Below are positions 9,241 to 19,607 of a DNA stretch of 64,000 nt, in pieces. Within the stretch, counting starts at the first letter, position 1. Each line of letters starts with the position of its first letter. The DNA is from Chloroflexia bacterium (GTDB lineage: Bacteria > Chloroflexota > Chloroflexia > Thermomicrobiales > CADCWN01), in NCBI GenBank assembly GCA_039810045.1, contig JBDHWF010000003.1, positions 1,834 to 65,833 of the forward strand, given 5' to 3'. The notes beneath the pieces are model-generated. The model searched no databases and was not told the origin of the DNA. It saw nothing but the letters and a program-made list of their open reading frames with translations. Position numbers and translations under genes: made by a program.

Positions 9241-9754
9241 GTTATTATTATGGGCCTACGTTGATGATGAGCTCCCAGATGATCAGCGCCTGACCGTTGA
9301 GCGCCATCTCGATAGCTGCTCACGTTGCTCTCGCAGCCTCGACCAATTACGTGCATTTCCCATCCAGAAAAATCGGCTACAAGTAATCACCCCTCCACCT
9401 GATTTTACCGTCCGGCTGATGCAGCGGATCACCCCCCTCCCAACACCACAGGAGATCGCCAACCAACGCCAGATTCCCGCAATCTGGCATGGGCCATTAG
9501 GGATGGCTGTGGCCTTGACGACTGCCGCCGCCGCAATCTTCCTGGGCTTGCTAAGCACTGCAGCGATGACGATCAGCAATAATCACCTGGGATTCCGCTC
9601 TGGCGATTCAGCCGAGCGAATCGCCAATGCTATCGGCGAAGGAGTCGTCTTTGCCTTCTGGAATCATCTCACCTGGTCGGTCGCGATCGTCTTCCTTGGC
9701 CTGTTAGCAACGCTCACGCTGCTCTGGGTACGTATCATCGCCACCCGCCACTAA
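9221..9754 (+). CDS. Anti-sigma factor (zf-HC2 type), membrane anchored
   Basis: N-terminal 'CRECELLLWAYVDDEL...HLDSCSRCSRSL' is the H-x3-C-x2-C zinc motif. It has TM helices in the C-terminal half and overlaps the sigma gene by 20 nt. Confidence 0.8.
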   Translation: MRCRECELLLWAYVDDELPDDQRLTVERHLDSCSRCSRSLDQLRAFPIQKNRLQVITPPPDFTVRLMQRITPLPTPQEIANQRQIPAIWHGPLGMAVALTTAAAAIFLGLLSTAAMTISNNHLGFRSGDSAERIANAIGEGVVFAFWNHLTWSVAIVFLGLLATLTLLWVRIIATRH

Positions 9755-9764
9755 GCCTGACCCC

Positions 9765-10571
9765 ATGCCATTCTTGTCGCGGCATCACACCAGCACCGTC
9801 AATCCTGCGCCAACGACGGCTTTGATCACCCTACAGGATGTTGCCCGAGCCTACGAGACAGGGCGCGGCCCTTTACTGGCGCTACAGGCAACGACCCTCA
9901 CGATTGCCGCTGGTGAGACTGTCGCGATCATTGGCCCATCAGGCAGTGGCAAATCAACGTTACTGAACCTGATCGCGGGGATTGATCGCCCCACCAGTGG
10001 GCAACTGCTGATTGGTGGGGTTGATCTCACTGCACTTTCCGAAGAACGGCTGACGCGCTGGCGTGGTGATCACGTGGGTATCGTCTTCCAGTTCTTCCAA
10101 CTGATGCCCACCCTCTCGGCACTCGAAAATATCCTCTTGGCTGGTGAGTTTGGTAGTCGCCGTTTTCGCGCCAGCGAACGTCGGCAACGCGCCCTAACGC
10201 TGCTTGATCAGGTAGGTCTGGCCGACCTTGCCGATCATTTGCCAGCCGAGCTTTCAGGCGGGGAGCAACAGCGGGTGGCCCTGGCACGAGCGCTGATCAA
10301 TGATCCGCCCCTGTTATTAGCTGATGAGCCAACGGGCAATCTTGATTCAACCACCGGGGAGCGGATTATGGCGTTATTAGCCGAGTTTGCCAGCACCAGT
10401 CGCACGCTGATCTATGTCACACATGACCCACTGCTGGCGGCCCAGGCCAGGAGAACGATCCACGTCCGCGATGGGGCAATCGTTGACGATCAGCAGTCGA
10501 CTACGGCAATACCTGCACCCGCTGCCACTGGAGAATCGACTACAGCAAACGCGATTGCCGCTGAAGGTTAA
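9765..10571 (+). CDS. ABC transporter ATP-binding protein (MacB/LolD/FtsE-like)
   Basis: Walker A 'GPSGSGKST', signature '[15 protein letters not shown]' and Walker B '[12 protein letters not shown]' are present. No permease gene is adjacent. Confidence 0.85.
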   Translation: MPFLSRHHTSTVNPAPTTALITLQDVARAYETGRGPLLALQATTLTIAAGETVAIIGPSGSGKSTLLNLIAGIDRPTSGQLLIGGVDLTALSEERLTRWRGDHVGIVFQFFQLMPTLSALENILLAGEFGSRRFRASERRQRALTLLDQVGLADLADHLPAELSGGEQQRVALARALINDPPLLLADEPTGNLDSTTGERIMALLAEFASTSRTLIYVTHDPLLAAQARRTIHVRDGAIVDDQQSTTAIPAPAATGESTTANAIAAEG

Positions 10572-11059
10572 TCACGGATCCGTGCCATGGTGTAGGCATC
10601 AACGTAGGCACCAGCGCGAAAAGCGTATTGCCGCAACGTTCCCTCACACACAAACCCAAATTTTTCATAGAGATGAATCGCCGCCGTATTATCGGTATAC
10701 ACCGTCAGTTCAATCCGGCGTAAATCGAGCCAGTGATCGGCAAGTTCCAGTGCTGCGCCAAGCAACGCCGCGCCAACCCCCTGGCCTTGCAAATCATCGT
10801 GAACTGCCATACCGATACTGCCAACGTGGCGGCGGCGGGGGCGTTGCTCCACCCGCAACCCAAGTTGCCCCACCACCCTGCCGTCAAGGTCGGCCACAAG
10901 AGTGTGGTCACCTACGTTGCGGTGGGCAGCCCGCTCGCGGTGGTCGTCGATGGCGGGATAGGGGATTTGCATCGTCCCATAGACTACGCCAGGGCAGCCC
11001 ATTATTTCAGCAATCGCTGCAAAATCAGTCGCCATACGCGCACGGATAGTGAGCATCAA
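10568..11059 (-). CDS. GNAT family N-acetyltransferase
   Basis: Motif A 'LQGQGVGAALL' and 'LYEKFGF' are present. The gene is convergent with the ABC gene and overlaps it by 4 nt. Confidence 0.8.
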   Translation of the reverse strand: MMLTIRARMATDFAAIAEIMGCPGVVYGTMQIPYPAIDDHRERAAHRNVGDHTLVADLDGRVVGQLGLRVEQRPRRRHVGSIGMAVHDDLQGQGVGAALLGAALELADHWLDLRRIELTVYTDNTAAIHLYEKFGFVCEGTLRQYAFRAGAYVDAYTMARIRD

Positions 11060-11078
11060 TGCACCTTCCCGCTAGACC

Positions 11079-12269
11079 CTACGCCAGATTGGGATGATCT
11101 TTCGTTGCAATCCGCCGCCGCAGCCGCCAACCTACCGCAACAATAACGAACAGGCTCAAGATGAACAGCCCGCCACTGAGCAACCCCTTAGCAGGGCCAT
11201 CAGGCTCAAAAGACAGGTCGCTCTTTGGGGTGGTTACTCCTGCACCAGCCTTGTCTCCACTATAGTTCAGGCTGGCCTTCCACTCGCGATCCAGGCCATC
11301 AGTATCAAAGCCGTAGACCTGCTGCAATGCCTCGTCGTACGATCGCTCCGCCTTGAACGCGCTGAACAGTTCGCCAAGTTTGGCGTCGCCATATTTCGTG
11401 ATCAGATAGTTGACTAAGCTCTCACTCTCGGCGTATGACAACCGCGCCTGATTGGGGTCAAGCGGGAAATTCGAGTTGAGCGCCCGGGTGGGCAACAATG
11501 TACCAGTGGTGATCGCCCGATCAAGCAGCGGCTTCATACTACTATCTGGCGTCTCCTGGTTATAAACAGCTAACCCCTCATCGAGCCAATGTGCCGGACC
11601 ACCATAGGGGTTCTCCGTGGCCTGATAGAGGAGCAAATGACTGACCTCGTGCGGCAGTACTCGCCGGATTTCCGCTGCCGCCCCACTCCCTGGCTGAATC
11701 CCGGTGACAATTAGCCCCAGATCGGGATGCGCCTGCCCGCCGATCCACTCGGCACTATTCGGCGGTAGCGACGAAGCAAAGTCACGATTATTCCCATACA
11801 CAACGATATGGATCGGCTTCGCCCCTTGCACCCCGAAGCGCTGCGCCAACCGCGTGATCGTACGCTGCGTAGTCGCCAGCAGATCCTGCCCAAAATCGTC
11901 ATTGCCCGAATAATAGTAAATCGTGACCTGTCCGCCCTGTACCGTGCGCCAGGAAAACCGTTGATCTTGATAGAGGAACTGCTGCGGTGGTGTAGTGGTG
12001 CGCGTTCCAGCTTCATCGACCAGCACCCAGTAATACTCAATATCAAGACCAGGTGGTAGATAGCGCGCCGCTGTCATATCCAGATTATAGGTAAGCTCTA
12101 CCCGCTGCCCGCGCTTGACTGGCACAATTGCCTGATTCGAGAGATCTGACGCCAGCGGGCGATAAAAAATCTGCGCTTCAACGATTGCTGATCCAGTGCT
12201 TTCAGCAGTGAGCGTGAAGGTAATCTGCTTCGGGAAGTCGGGTTTCACCGCCTGGGCAACGACCTGCAC
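11079..12269 (-). CDS. Peptidase MA-like zinc metalloprotease with C-terminal TM anchor
   Basis: It has the 'HEVSHLL' HExxH motif and the C-terminal TM 'LFILSLFVIVAVGW' followed by RRRR. The annotated start is a GTG; the true N-terminus is uncertain (see finding). Confidence 0.65.
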   Translation of the reverse strand: MQVVAQAVKPDFPKQITFTLTAESTGSAIVEAQIFYRPLASDLSNQAIVPVKRGQRVELTYNLDMTAARYLPPGLDIEYYWVLVDEAGTRTTTPPQQFLYQDQRFSWRTVQGGQVTIYYYSGNDDFGQDLLATTQRTITRLAQRFGVQGAKPIHIVVYGNNRDFASSLPPNSAEWIGGQAHPDLGLIVTGIQPGSGAAAEIRRVLPHEVSHLLLYQATENPYGGPAHWLDEGLAVYNQETPDSSMKPLLDRAITTGTLLPTRALNSNFPLDPNQARLSYAESESLVNYLITKYGDAKLGELFSAFKAERSYDEALQQVYGFDTDGLDREWKASLNYSGDKAGAGVTTPKSDLSFEPDGPAKGLLSGGLFILSLFVIVAVGWRLRRRIATKDHPNLA

Positions 12270-12419
12270 GGTAGACGCCTGCGTTGCTGCGCTGCCCCTG
12301 ACAGGCGCAGTACCTGCTGTTCCCAGCAGCGCGAAACAGAGCAGCCAGGGCCAGAGCTGTGGTCGCCACTACCTACGCTGCTGCCTTCGATCGCCCCGCC
12401 TCATCGCTACCTCTGCGCG

Positions 12420-13542
12420 CTAATTGGCCCCAATAGTCTCGTCAGCCCCGATCTGCGATCGGAGATAGGCTTCGATAAATGGGTCAAGCTCCCCATCAAG
12501 TACCGCCTGAATATTCCCAGTTTGTTCCTCAGTCCGGGCGTCTTTCACCAGCGTATAGGGATGCAGGACATAGGAGCGAATCTGGCTGCCAAACTCAGCG
12601 GCTAACCGCTCGCCTTTCAGTTTTGCCCGCTCCTCGTCGCGCTCCCGCTCGCGCAGTTCAAGCAACTTGGCCCGCAAGATTTTCATTGCTGATTCGCGAT
12701 TTTGCAGTTGCGACCGCTCGTTCTGGCACGTAACGACGATATTCGTTGGGATGTGGGTAATCCGAATCGCCGACGATGTTTTATTCACGTGTTGCCCACC
12801 CGCCCCCGAAGCACGGTAGGTGTCGACGCGCAATTCGTCGTCGTTGATCTCCAGTTCACCCGCTTCCTCTACTTCGGGCATCACTTCGACCTGAGCGAAG
12901 GCAGTGTGGCGCCGATGGGCCTGATCAAATGGCGAGAGCCTGACCAGGCGATGCACGCCTTTTTCACCTTTCATCAACCCATAGGCCGCCGGGCCGCGAA
13001 TCTCAATACTCGCACTCTTAATGCCTGCCTCTTCGCCCTCAGTATAGTCAAGGATCTCGGTCTTAAAGTTGCGGCGTTCAGCCCAGCGCAAATACATTCG
13101 CAAGAGCATTTCGGCCCAATCCTGGGCATCAATACCGCCCGCCCCAGCACTGAAGGTCAGAATGACATCGTGATCATCATAGGGGCCAGCAAGCATCAGG
13201 CGGGTTTCCAGCGCGGCGATTCGTTTGGTCAGGCTTGCCACCTCATCGCCCACTTCCTCAACCACGCTGGCATCGTCTTCTTCAACAGCGAGACTCAGCA
13301 ACTCTTCGGCGTCGGCAATGCCCTGCCCAAACGAACGCCACTCATCAACTTGTTCGCGCAGACCAGTTAGTTTCCGCATTGTGGCCTGCGCCGCTTGTGG
13401 GTTATTCCAAAAGTCTGGATCAGTACTCAGCGTTTCGAGTTCGGTGATCGCCGCTTCTTTCCCCGGTAAGTCAAAGACGCCTCCCGATTTGATCGATGCG
13501 CATCCCGAGTTCTTCTAACGTTGTCCGCAATTGCTCGCTCAT
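12420..13542 (-). CDS. prfB: Peptide chain release factor 2, with programmed +1 frameshift
   Basis: Frame 0 starts at ATG 13542 and encodes MSEQLRTTLEELGMRIDQIGRRL before an in-frame TGA at 13471-13473. The +1 frame continues DLPGKEAAITE... into ORF 12420..13379. The 'SPF' and 'GGQ' motifs are present. Joined length is 373 aa. Confidence 0.93.
13471..13485 (-). other. prfB +1 frameshift site (SD-like GGGAGG - cgu - CUU UGA C)
   Basis: The minus-strand mRNA reads GGGAGGCGUCUUUGAC. This is the same layout as the classical RF2 autoregulatory frameshift site (SD-like element 3 nt before CUU UGA C). Confidence 0.9.
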
Positions 13543-13789
13543 CCTTTGCCGTATCCTCCGCTGCCTGTCACGTTCTCTAGACCAGCAGAAAGTATAGCAT
13601 CGGGTACGCTAAACACCGCTCAAACGACCCTGCAATCATCTCGTATCGTACTGAAACATCCACGAAGCGCATTCGTTATAATCTTCACGAACTTTGTAGC
13701 GCGTGCTTTTGTGCCAATGCAGGACAGCGCATCAGCAGCAAACCAGCAGCAGGATACGATTGAACCGTCAACAGGGCGGGGGTGGCAGC

Positions 13790-14512
13790 GTGAGAGACGA
13801 CCAGACCAAGAACCAGCAGACCGCGCAAGTACAACTACCAGAGCAGGCAGCAGAGATCCCAGAGGTTGTCATTCGCCGCCTACCGATTTATGCCCGCATC
13901 CTCGAAGACTTGCTGACCGCAGGGATCGGCAGTATCGCTTCGAACGACCTCGCCGAACGGATCGGCGTGACTGCGGCGCAGATTCGCCGCGATCTCTCGT
14001 ATTTCGGTCGTTTTGGCAAACAAGGGAAAGGCTACGATATCGCCCTGTTGCTCAGGGCGATCTGGCAGATTCTTAATCTCACTCAAACCTGGCAAGTCGC
14101 CCTGGTTGGCTTTGGGCATCTGGGCCAGGCGATCGCCCACTATCGCGGCTTTCAGGAGAGCAACTTTCAGATTGCGGCGATCTTCGACAATAACCCAGAG
14201 AAGGTCGGTCAGCCAACGGGCATTGCCCAGATGACTGTCCTCCCAGAAGCACAGATCGCAGAGGTTGTCGCCGCCCAGCAGATCAAGATCGGCATCATCG
14301 CCGTGCCCGCCGCTGCGGCCCAACATACTGCTGAGATGCTAATTCAGGGCCAAGTGATCGCGCTGCTCAACTATGCGCCAATTGTCTTGCAGGTGCCAGA
14401 CTCAATCTGCGTGCGCGATATTGATCCAATTACAACCTTGCAGAGTATGGCGTACTATCTCGATAAGCCCTACCACCGCAGCGGCACCAGCGCTACGCTG
14501 GCCGACGACTAG
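13790..14512 (+). CDS. rex: Redox-sensing transcriptional repressor Rex
   Basis: 'VIRRLPIYARILEDL' (winged helix) and 'GFGHLGQAIA' (Rossmann NADH site) are present. The start is uncertain: GTG 13790 follows a G-rich SD-like tract, but the ORF is open back to 13703. Confidence 0.8.
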   Translation: MRDDQTKNQQTAQVQLPEQAAEIPEVVIRRLPIYARILEDLLTAGIGSIASNDLAERIGVTAAQIRRDLSYFGRFGKQGKGYDIALLLRAIWQILNLTQTWQVALVGFGHLGQAIAHYRGFQESNFQIAAIFDNNPEKVGQPTGIAQMTVLPEAQIAEVVAAQQIKIGIIAVPAAAAQHTAEMLIQGQVIALLNYAPIVLQVPDSICVRDIDPITTLQSMAYYLDKPYHRSGTSATLADD

Positions 14513-14537
14513 GTTTCTAGCGCCAGCATCGCGACAC

Positions 14538-14873
14538 TCAAAGAAGATATGGCAATAGCTCACGCAGCAACGTTGCCTTTGGCCGCGTACCAACCAGTTG
14601 CACTACCGGTTGTCCGCTCTTGAACAACAACAGCGTTGGAAAACTCAGCACCCCATAGCGCAGTGCGATCTGCTCATTTTGTTCGACATCAAGTGAGACA
14701 ATTGTCAATCGGTCAGCTTGTTCTACAGCTATCGCCTCCAGGATTGGCACCAACGCATGGCAGGGATGACACCACTCTGCCCAGAAATCGACCAGCACCG
14801 GTGTGGTGGCCTGCAAGACAACTTGCGGAAAGGTTGCGGTAGTTACTGTTGGTATTTGCGACACATGAATCAT
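14538..14873 (-). CDS. Thioredoxin-family protein with atypical WCHPC active site
   Basis: It has the thioredoxin fold pattern '[21 protein letters not shown]...SFPTLLLFKSG', with GGAAGGA upstream of the ATG. The active site is CHPC rather than CGPC. Confidence 0.8.
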   Translation of the reverse strand: MIHVSQIPTVTTATFPQVVLQATTPVLVDFWAEWCHPCHALVPILEAIAVEQADRLTIVSLDVEQNEQIALRYGVLSFPTLLLFKSGQPVVQLVGTRPKATLLRELLPYLL

Positions 14874-14935
14874 CGTTTCGTCCTTCCTGCTACTATTGAT
14901 GATGGGTATTCAGCTACTACCAATCAGTGTAATAG

Positions 14936-14951
14936 TTCAAGTGAACTTGAA
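14936..14951. promoter_or_regulatory. Inverted repeat TTCAAGT-ga-ACTTGAA, candidate MerR-type operator
   Basis: A perfect 7-bp inverted repeat lies in the 98-nt divergent intergenic region between the thioredoxin-like gene and the MerR gene. TACAAT lies 10 nt downstream, only 4 nt before the merR ATG. Confidence 0.35.
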
Positions 14952-14971
14952 GTCAAGAGGATACAATTACG

Positions 14972-15409
14972 ATGACATTGTTGACGATTGGTCAGGTTGC
15001 CCAGCGAGCTGGTATACGCCCTTCAGCGATTCGCTACTATGAGAGCCTGTCACTTCTCCCAAAGGTTCCTCGTCAAAACGGGCAACGGCGCTATCAGCCC
15101 GATGTACTCGACCGTCTGGCATTCATTCAGGTAGCGCAGCAGCTTGGCTTCAGCCTGAAGGAACTCCATCAATTACTGGGGAATGCAGCTGAAGAAAGCC
15201 AACTCGCCACACGCTGGCAGACGCTTGCCAGCCGCAAACTGGCCGAAGTTGAGTTACTCCTTACGCAGGCCCAGACGATGCAACAATTGCTGCACCAGGG
15301 CCTGCGCTGTGGCTGTGCCGACCTCAGCACTTGCCTTGATTGTGTAGTAGCCAACTGTCAACCAATAGGCGAAAAAGGTGCAGGCCGGAAGCGTGTTAGA
15401 ATGCATTAA
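14972..15409 (+). CDS. MerR family transcriptional regulator with C-terminal Cys cluster
   Basis: It has the N-terminal HTH 'LTIGQVAQRAGIRPSAIRYYE', a coiled-coil region, and the C-terminal 'CGCADLSTCLDCVVANC'. Confidence 0.8.
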   Translation: MTLLTIGQVAQRAGIRPSAIRYYESLSLLPKVPRQNGQRRYQPDVLDRLAFIQVAQQLGFSLKELHQLLGNAAEESQLATRWQTLASRKLAEVELLLTQAQTMQQLLHQGLRCGCADLSTCLDCVVANCQPIGEKGAGRKRVRMH

Positions 15410-15451
15410 CACTGGTCACACTGCGACCCAAAGCAATAGAGGAGGAAGATC

Positions 15452-17410
15452 ATGGCGCAGCAAACTGATGCGATCGAGGCCCTATACGGCGAGGATCGGA
15501 AATTCCCACCGCCAGCAGAGTTTCAAGCCAATGCCTTGATCAAGGACCCTGCGATCTACGAACAAGCAGAAGCCGATCCCGAAGCGTTCTGGGCCGAACA
15601 AGCCAAAATGCTCGACTGGTTCAAACCGTGGGACACCGTGCTGGAATGGGAACCGCCCTATGCCAAGTGGTTTATCGGCGGCAAACTCAATGCCTCCTAC
15701 AACTGTCTTGATCGCCACGTCGCGGCAGGGCGGGGCGACAAGGTGGCGTACCACTTTGAAGGGGAGCCAGGTGATCGGCGCAGTGTCACCTATAGTGAAC
15801 TGCTTGCAGAGGTCTGTCGCTGTGCGAATACGCTGAAATCGCTTGGGGTAAAACGGGGCGACCGCGTGGCAATCTATATGCCCATGATCCTTGAACTGCC
15901 AATCGCCATCCTCGCCTGTGCGCGGATCGGCGCGCCGCACACTGTGGTCTTTGGTGGCTTCTCTGCCGAAGCATTGAGAGATCGGATCATCGACGCCGAC
16001 GCCCAGTTTGTCATTACCGCTGATGGTGGTTTCCGCCGCGGCAAACCGTTTGGCTTGAAAGTACAGGCAGACCAGGCGTTGACCGAAACACCTAATGTCA
16101 GAAATGTGCTGGTGGTCAAGCGCACTGGCGAGGACGTACCAATGCAGGAAGGGCGCGATCTATGGTGGCATGATGTTGTCCCGCAACAGAGCAGTGAGTG
16201 TGCGCCAGAGCAGATGGACAGCGAGGATATGCTCTATCTGCTCTACACATCGGGGTCCACTGGTAAGCCAAAGGGGATCCTGCATACCACTGGCGGCTAC
16301 ATGCTTGGTACGGCCTACACCCACAAATATGTCTTCGACCTGCACGATAACGATATTTACTGGTGTGCTGCTGACATTGGCTGGGTGACAGGACACTCCT
16401 ACATCGTCTATGGCCCACTGGCGAACTGCACCACGGGCGTGATCTACGAAGGCACCCCTGATTATCCCGACTTCGACCGCTGGTGGGAAATTATCGAGCG
16501 CTATAAGGTCACGATCCTCTACTGCGCGCCAACGGCGATTCGCGCCCATATGAAGTGGGGGGCGGAACACGCTGCCAAGCACGACCTCACCTCGCTGCGC
16601 GTCCTTGGCTCAGTTGGTGAACCCATTAATCCCGAAGCCTGGATCTGGTATTACAAGAATATCGGCGGCGAACGCTGCCCCGTGGTTGACACCTGGTGGC
16701 AAACCGAAACCGGGGCGATCATGATCACCCCACTGCCAGGGGTGACGACAACCAAACCAGGCTCGGCGACCTTCCCGTTACCAGGAATCGGCGCTGATGT
16801 TGTTGACGAGGAAGGCAACTCTGTGCCGCTCGGTCGTGGTGGTTATCTGGTGCTTACCCGCCCCTGGCCGTCGATGTTGCGCGGTATTTATGGTGATCCC
16901 GACCGCTATCAGGAGACCTACTGGAGCCGCTATCCCGGCAAATACTTCGTTGGTGATGGCTGCAAACGGGACGACGAAGGCTACTACTGGCTCCTCGGGC
17001 GCGTTGACGACGTGATGAATGTCTCTGGTCATCGGATCAGTACGACCGAGATCGAAAGCTCGTTAGTCAGCGACCCAAGAGTGGCAGAAGCCGCAGTTGT
17101 GGGGCAACCTGATCCCGTCACTGGCGAAGCGATCTTCTGCTTTGTCATCTTGCGGGGTGGGGTTGAGGCATCGCCAGACCTCGGCCAGGAGTTGCGCCAA
17201 CACGTCGCCAAACAGATCGGCGCATTTGCTCGCCCGAAGACCGTGATGTTCACTCCTGATCTCCCGAAAACCCGTTCTGGCAAGATCATGCGGCGGTTAT
17301 TGCGCGATGTCGCCAGTGGGCGCAGTCTCGGCGACACCACGACCCTGGCGGATGCTGGTGTGGTTGAGCAGATCCGCGAAGCTTCAGCTTCGGCCAAAGG
17401 TGAAGAATAG
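15452..17410 (+). CDS. acs: Acetyl-CoA synthetase (AMP-forming)
   Basis: 652 aa with '[11 protein letters not shown]', 'WWQTETG' and '[12 protein letters not shown]'. GGAGGA lies upstream. Confidence 0.95.
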   Translation: MAQQTDAIEALYGEDRKFPPPAEFQANALIKDPAIYEQAEADPEAFWAEQAKMLDWFKPWDTVLEWEPPYAKWFIGGKLNASYNCLDRHVAAGRGDKVAYHFEGEPGDRRSVTYSELLAEVCRCANTLKSLGVKRGDRVAIYMPMILELPIAILACARIGAPHTVVFGGFSAEALRDRIIDADAQFVITADGGFRRGKPFGLKVQADQALTETPNVRNVLVVKRTGEDVPMQEGRDLWWHDVVPQQSSECAPEQMDSEDMLYLLYTSGSTGKPKGILHTTGGYMLGTAYTHKYVFDLHDNDIYWCAADIGWVTGHSYIVYGPLANCTTGVIYEGTPDYPDFDRWWEIIERYKVTILYCAPTAIRAHMKWGAEHAAKHDLTSLRVLGSVGEPINPEAWIWYYKNIGGERCPVVDTWWQTETGAIMITPLPGVTTTKPGSATFPLPGIGADVVDEEGNSVPLGRGGYLVLTRPWPSMLRGIYGDPDRYQETYWSRYPGKYFVGDGCKRDDEGYYWLLGRVDDVMNVSGHRISTTEIESSLVSDPRVAEAAVVGQPDPVTGEAIFCFVILRGGVEASPDLGQELRQHVAKQIGAFARPKTVMFTPDLPKTRSGKIMRRLLRDVASGRSLGDTTTLADAGVVEQIREASASAKGEE

Positions 17411-17439
17411 GAGATGCACGCGGAGCGTGAGAGGAAACG

Positions 17440-18642
17440 ATGAGTAATACAGAGCAACGCGAAGCAGTCATCGTGAGTGCGGTACGCACCCCCATTGGCT
17501 CGTTTGGGGGCGCCCTGACCGAAGTCCCTGCCACAGAGCTTGGTAGCCTCGTGATCAAAGAGGCGCTGCAACGCGCCAAGGTTGCCCCGGAACAGGTTGA
17601 TGAAGTCATCATGGGGATGATTCTTTCGGCAGGGGTGGGGCAAGGCCCAGCGCGGCAGGCGGCGATTAACGCTGGGCTGCCGGTGGAAGTACCAGCCACG
17701 ACGATCAATAAACTGTGTGGTTCTGGGCTAAAGGCGGTTGCCCTGGCGGCTGGCGCAGTGCTGCTGGGCGATGCCGAAGTCGTCGTAGCTGGGGGCATGG
17801 AGAATATGAGCCGCGCCCCCTACGTTCTAGAAAAAGCCCGCTACGGTTATCGCCTGGGCGATGGCACGCTGGTCGATACGATGATGCGCGATGGTCTGGT
17901 CGATGCCTTTCATGGCTACCCAATGGGGATCACCGCAGAGAATATTGCCGAGCAATTCTGCATCAGCCGCGCCAACCAGGATGAATTTGCCACACGCAGC
18001 CAGCAACGCGCGGCACAGGCGATTGCCACAGGCGCATTTGACAAAGAGATCGTCCCCGTCGAGGTGAAATCACGCGGCAAAACCACGACCTTTACCCGCG
18101 ATGAATATGTCAAGCCCGATACCACTGCCGAAGTGCTGGCGGGCCTACGACCAGCATTCAAGCGTGATGGTGGTACTGTCACGGCAGGCAATGCCTCGGG
18201 AATCAATGATGGTGCCGCCGCAGTCGTGGTGATGAGTGCGGCGAAGGCGAACGAACTGGGCCTGACCCCGCTGGCCCGAATTCTTTCGTATGCTTCGGCT
18301 GGCGTCGATCCCAGCATCATGGGAATGGGGCCGCTCCCGGCTAGTCAACGCGCCCTGCAACGCGCTGGATTAACCCTCAATGATATCGATCTGATCGAAC
18401 TAAATGAAGCATTCGCCGCGCAATCGTTGGCCGTCTGTAGCCAGCTTGGGGCAGACCCTGAGAAAACAAATGTCCACGGTGGCGCGATCGCTTTGGGGCA
18501 TCCGATTGGGGCCAGTGGGGCACGGATCCTGACGACCCTGCTCTATTTACTTGAAGCCCGTAAAGCCAAACGTGGTCTCGCCGCCCTCTGCATTGGTGGC
18601 GGTCAGGGAATCGCGATGATCGTTGAACGGACCGACGCCTAA
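17440..18642 (+). CDS. Acetyl-CoA C-acetyltransferase (thiolase II)
   Basis: '[11 protein letters not shown]' (active-site Cys), 'NEAFAAQ', '[14 protein letters not shown]' and 'CIGGGQG' are present. Confidence 0.93.
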   Translation: MSNTEQREAVIVSAVRTPIGSFGGALTEVPATELGSLVIKEALQRAKVAPEQVDEVIMGMILSAGVGQGPARQAAINAGLPVEVPATTINKLCGSGLKAVALAAGAVLLGDAEVVVAGGMENMSRAPYVLEKARYGYRLGDGTLVDTMMRDGLVDAFHGYPMGITAENIAEQFCISRANQDEFATRSQQRAAQAIATGAFDKEIVPVEVKSRGKTTTFTRDEYVKPDTTAEVLAGLRPAFKRDGGTVTAGNASGINDGAAAVVVMSAAKANELGLTPLARILSYASAGVDPSIMGMGPLPASQRALQRAGLTLNDIDLIELNEAFAAQSLAVCSQLGADPEKTNVHGGAIALGHPIGASGARILTTLLYLLEARKAKRGLAALCIGGGQGIAMIVERTDA

Positions 18643-18668
18643 TCATTCACAAAACACGTACGAGACCA

Positions 18669-18704
18669 GCAACGACGACAGGAAGACTTTCCTGTCGTCG
18701 TTGC
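18669..18704 (+). terminator. Terminator-like hairpin after the thiolase gene
   Basis: A perfect 16-bp stem (gcaacgacgacaggaa / ttcctgtcgtcgttgc) with a 4-nt loop. There is no strong U tract. Confidence 0.5.
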
Positions 18705-18863
18705 AAGCCCGCCTGTACCTGATAATCTGGACAGATTACGGTGCTGTTGTTAGCGGATCGCATGGTAAACTAGGCGGGCGATTCTCTCCCAGCCACCCTG
18801 GGGCATACTCGTTGGTCGCATCGAATGAGCAGCAAGGCGGATTCCACTTATAAGGAGTAGCAA

Positions 18864-19547
18864 TTGCACGGTTTCGAGACAGCAGTTATCAAGTTTGTTC
18901 AGGATCTTTATAACGCGATGGGCTGGGCTGGCGTCGTCGTCGCCATGGCGATTGAGAGCGCCTGTATTCCGCTACCAAGTGAAGTGGTCATGCCACTCGC
19001 TGGGTGGTTCCTGGTCGAGGCCAAAGGAAGCTCATCGATCTGGACCCTGTGGGCGGGCCTGATGGGGGCACTTGGCTGCACAATCGGGTCAGCGATTGCC
19101 TATTGGGTCGGAGCAATCGGGGGCCGCCCATTCATCCTCAAATATGGGCGGTATGTGCTGATCTCACCGCACCATGTTGATCTGGCAGACCGCTGGTTTG
19201 CCCAACGTGGCGAGATTATGGCATTTGTCTCGCGCCTGTTGCCGATCGTGCGGACCTTTATTTCCTTCCCCGCTGGCGTGGCCCGGATGAACTTTGGCAA
19301 ATTTTTGCTCTACTCCTTCCTTGGCTCACTCCCGTGGTGCTGGGCATTGGCCTATGGTGGCTACCACTTTGGGGCGCGTTGGGAGGAACTGCGCGAAAAA
19401 CTACGCCCGTTCGATTATCCGATTGCCGCTGTCATTGTCGCCTTTGGGATCTGGTTCCTCTGGCGTGGCTTTAAGAACCGCAATGCCCATACCCCTGTCC
19501 TCCGCGAGGATACGGCCATTGCCGAAGAACAGACAGAAGCACACTAG
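18864..19547 (+). CDS. DedA family membrane protein
   Basis: A polytopic protein with DedA-like 'IPLPSEVVMPLAG' and 'FISFPAGVARMNF'. It uses a TTG start with AAGGAG 6 nt upstream. Confidence 0.75.
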   Translation: MHGFETAVIKFVQDLYNAMGWAGVVVAMAIESACIPLPSEVVMPLAGWFLVEAKGSSSIWTLWAGLMGALGCTIGSAIAYWVGAIGGRPFILKYGRYVLISPHHVDLADRWFAQRGEIMAFVSRLLPIVRTFISFPAGVARMNFGKFLLYSFLGSLPWCWALAYGGYHFGARWEELREKLRPFDYPIAAVIVAFGIWFLWRGFKNRNAHTPVLREDTAIAEEQTEAH

Positions 19548-19607
19548 CTGCCGATCATTCTTTCCTGCACTATCGGACAAGCGAACGCTACTTATCAGGA
19601 GATCATC

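Noticed and set aside
12702-13370. 222-aa plus-strand ORF
   Set aside because: It is antisense to prfB (SPF and GGQ motifs on the minus strand) and has no motifs of its own.
13531-14076. 181-aa plus-strand ORF
   Set aside because: It starts inside the prfB start region and runs out of frame through the rex gene. Rex motifs are in the other frame.
17029-17798. Minus-strand ORFs of 204 and 170 aa across the acs/thiolase junction
   Set aside because: They are antisense to two strongly supported genes and have no motifs.
18705-18863. ~160-nt leader before dedA with long-range pairing (gcccgcct 18706-13 / aggcgggc 18773-80), considered as a riboswitch
   Set aside because: I could not match it to any riboswitch consensus I know (yybP-ykoY and ykkC were checked by eye). 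The pairing alone is weak evidence.
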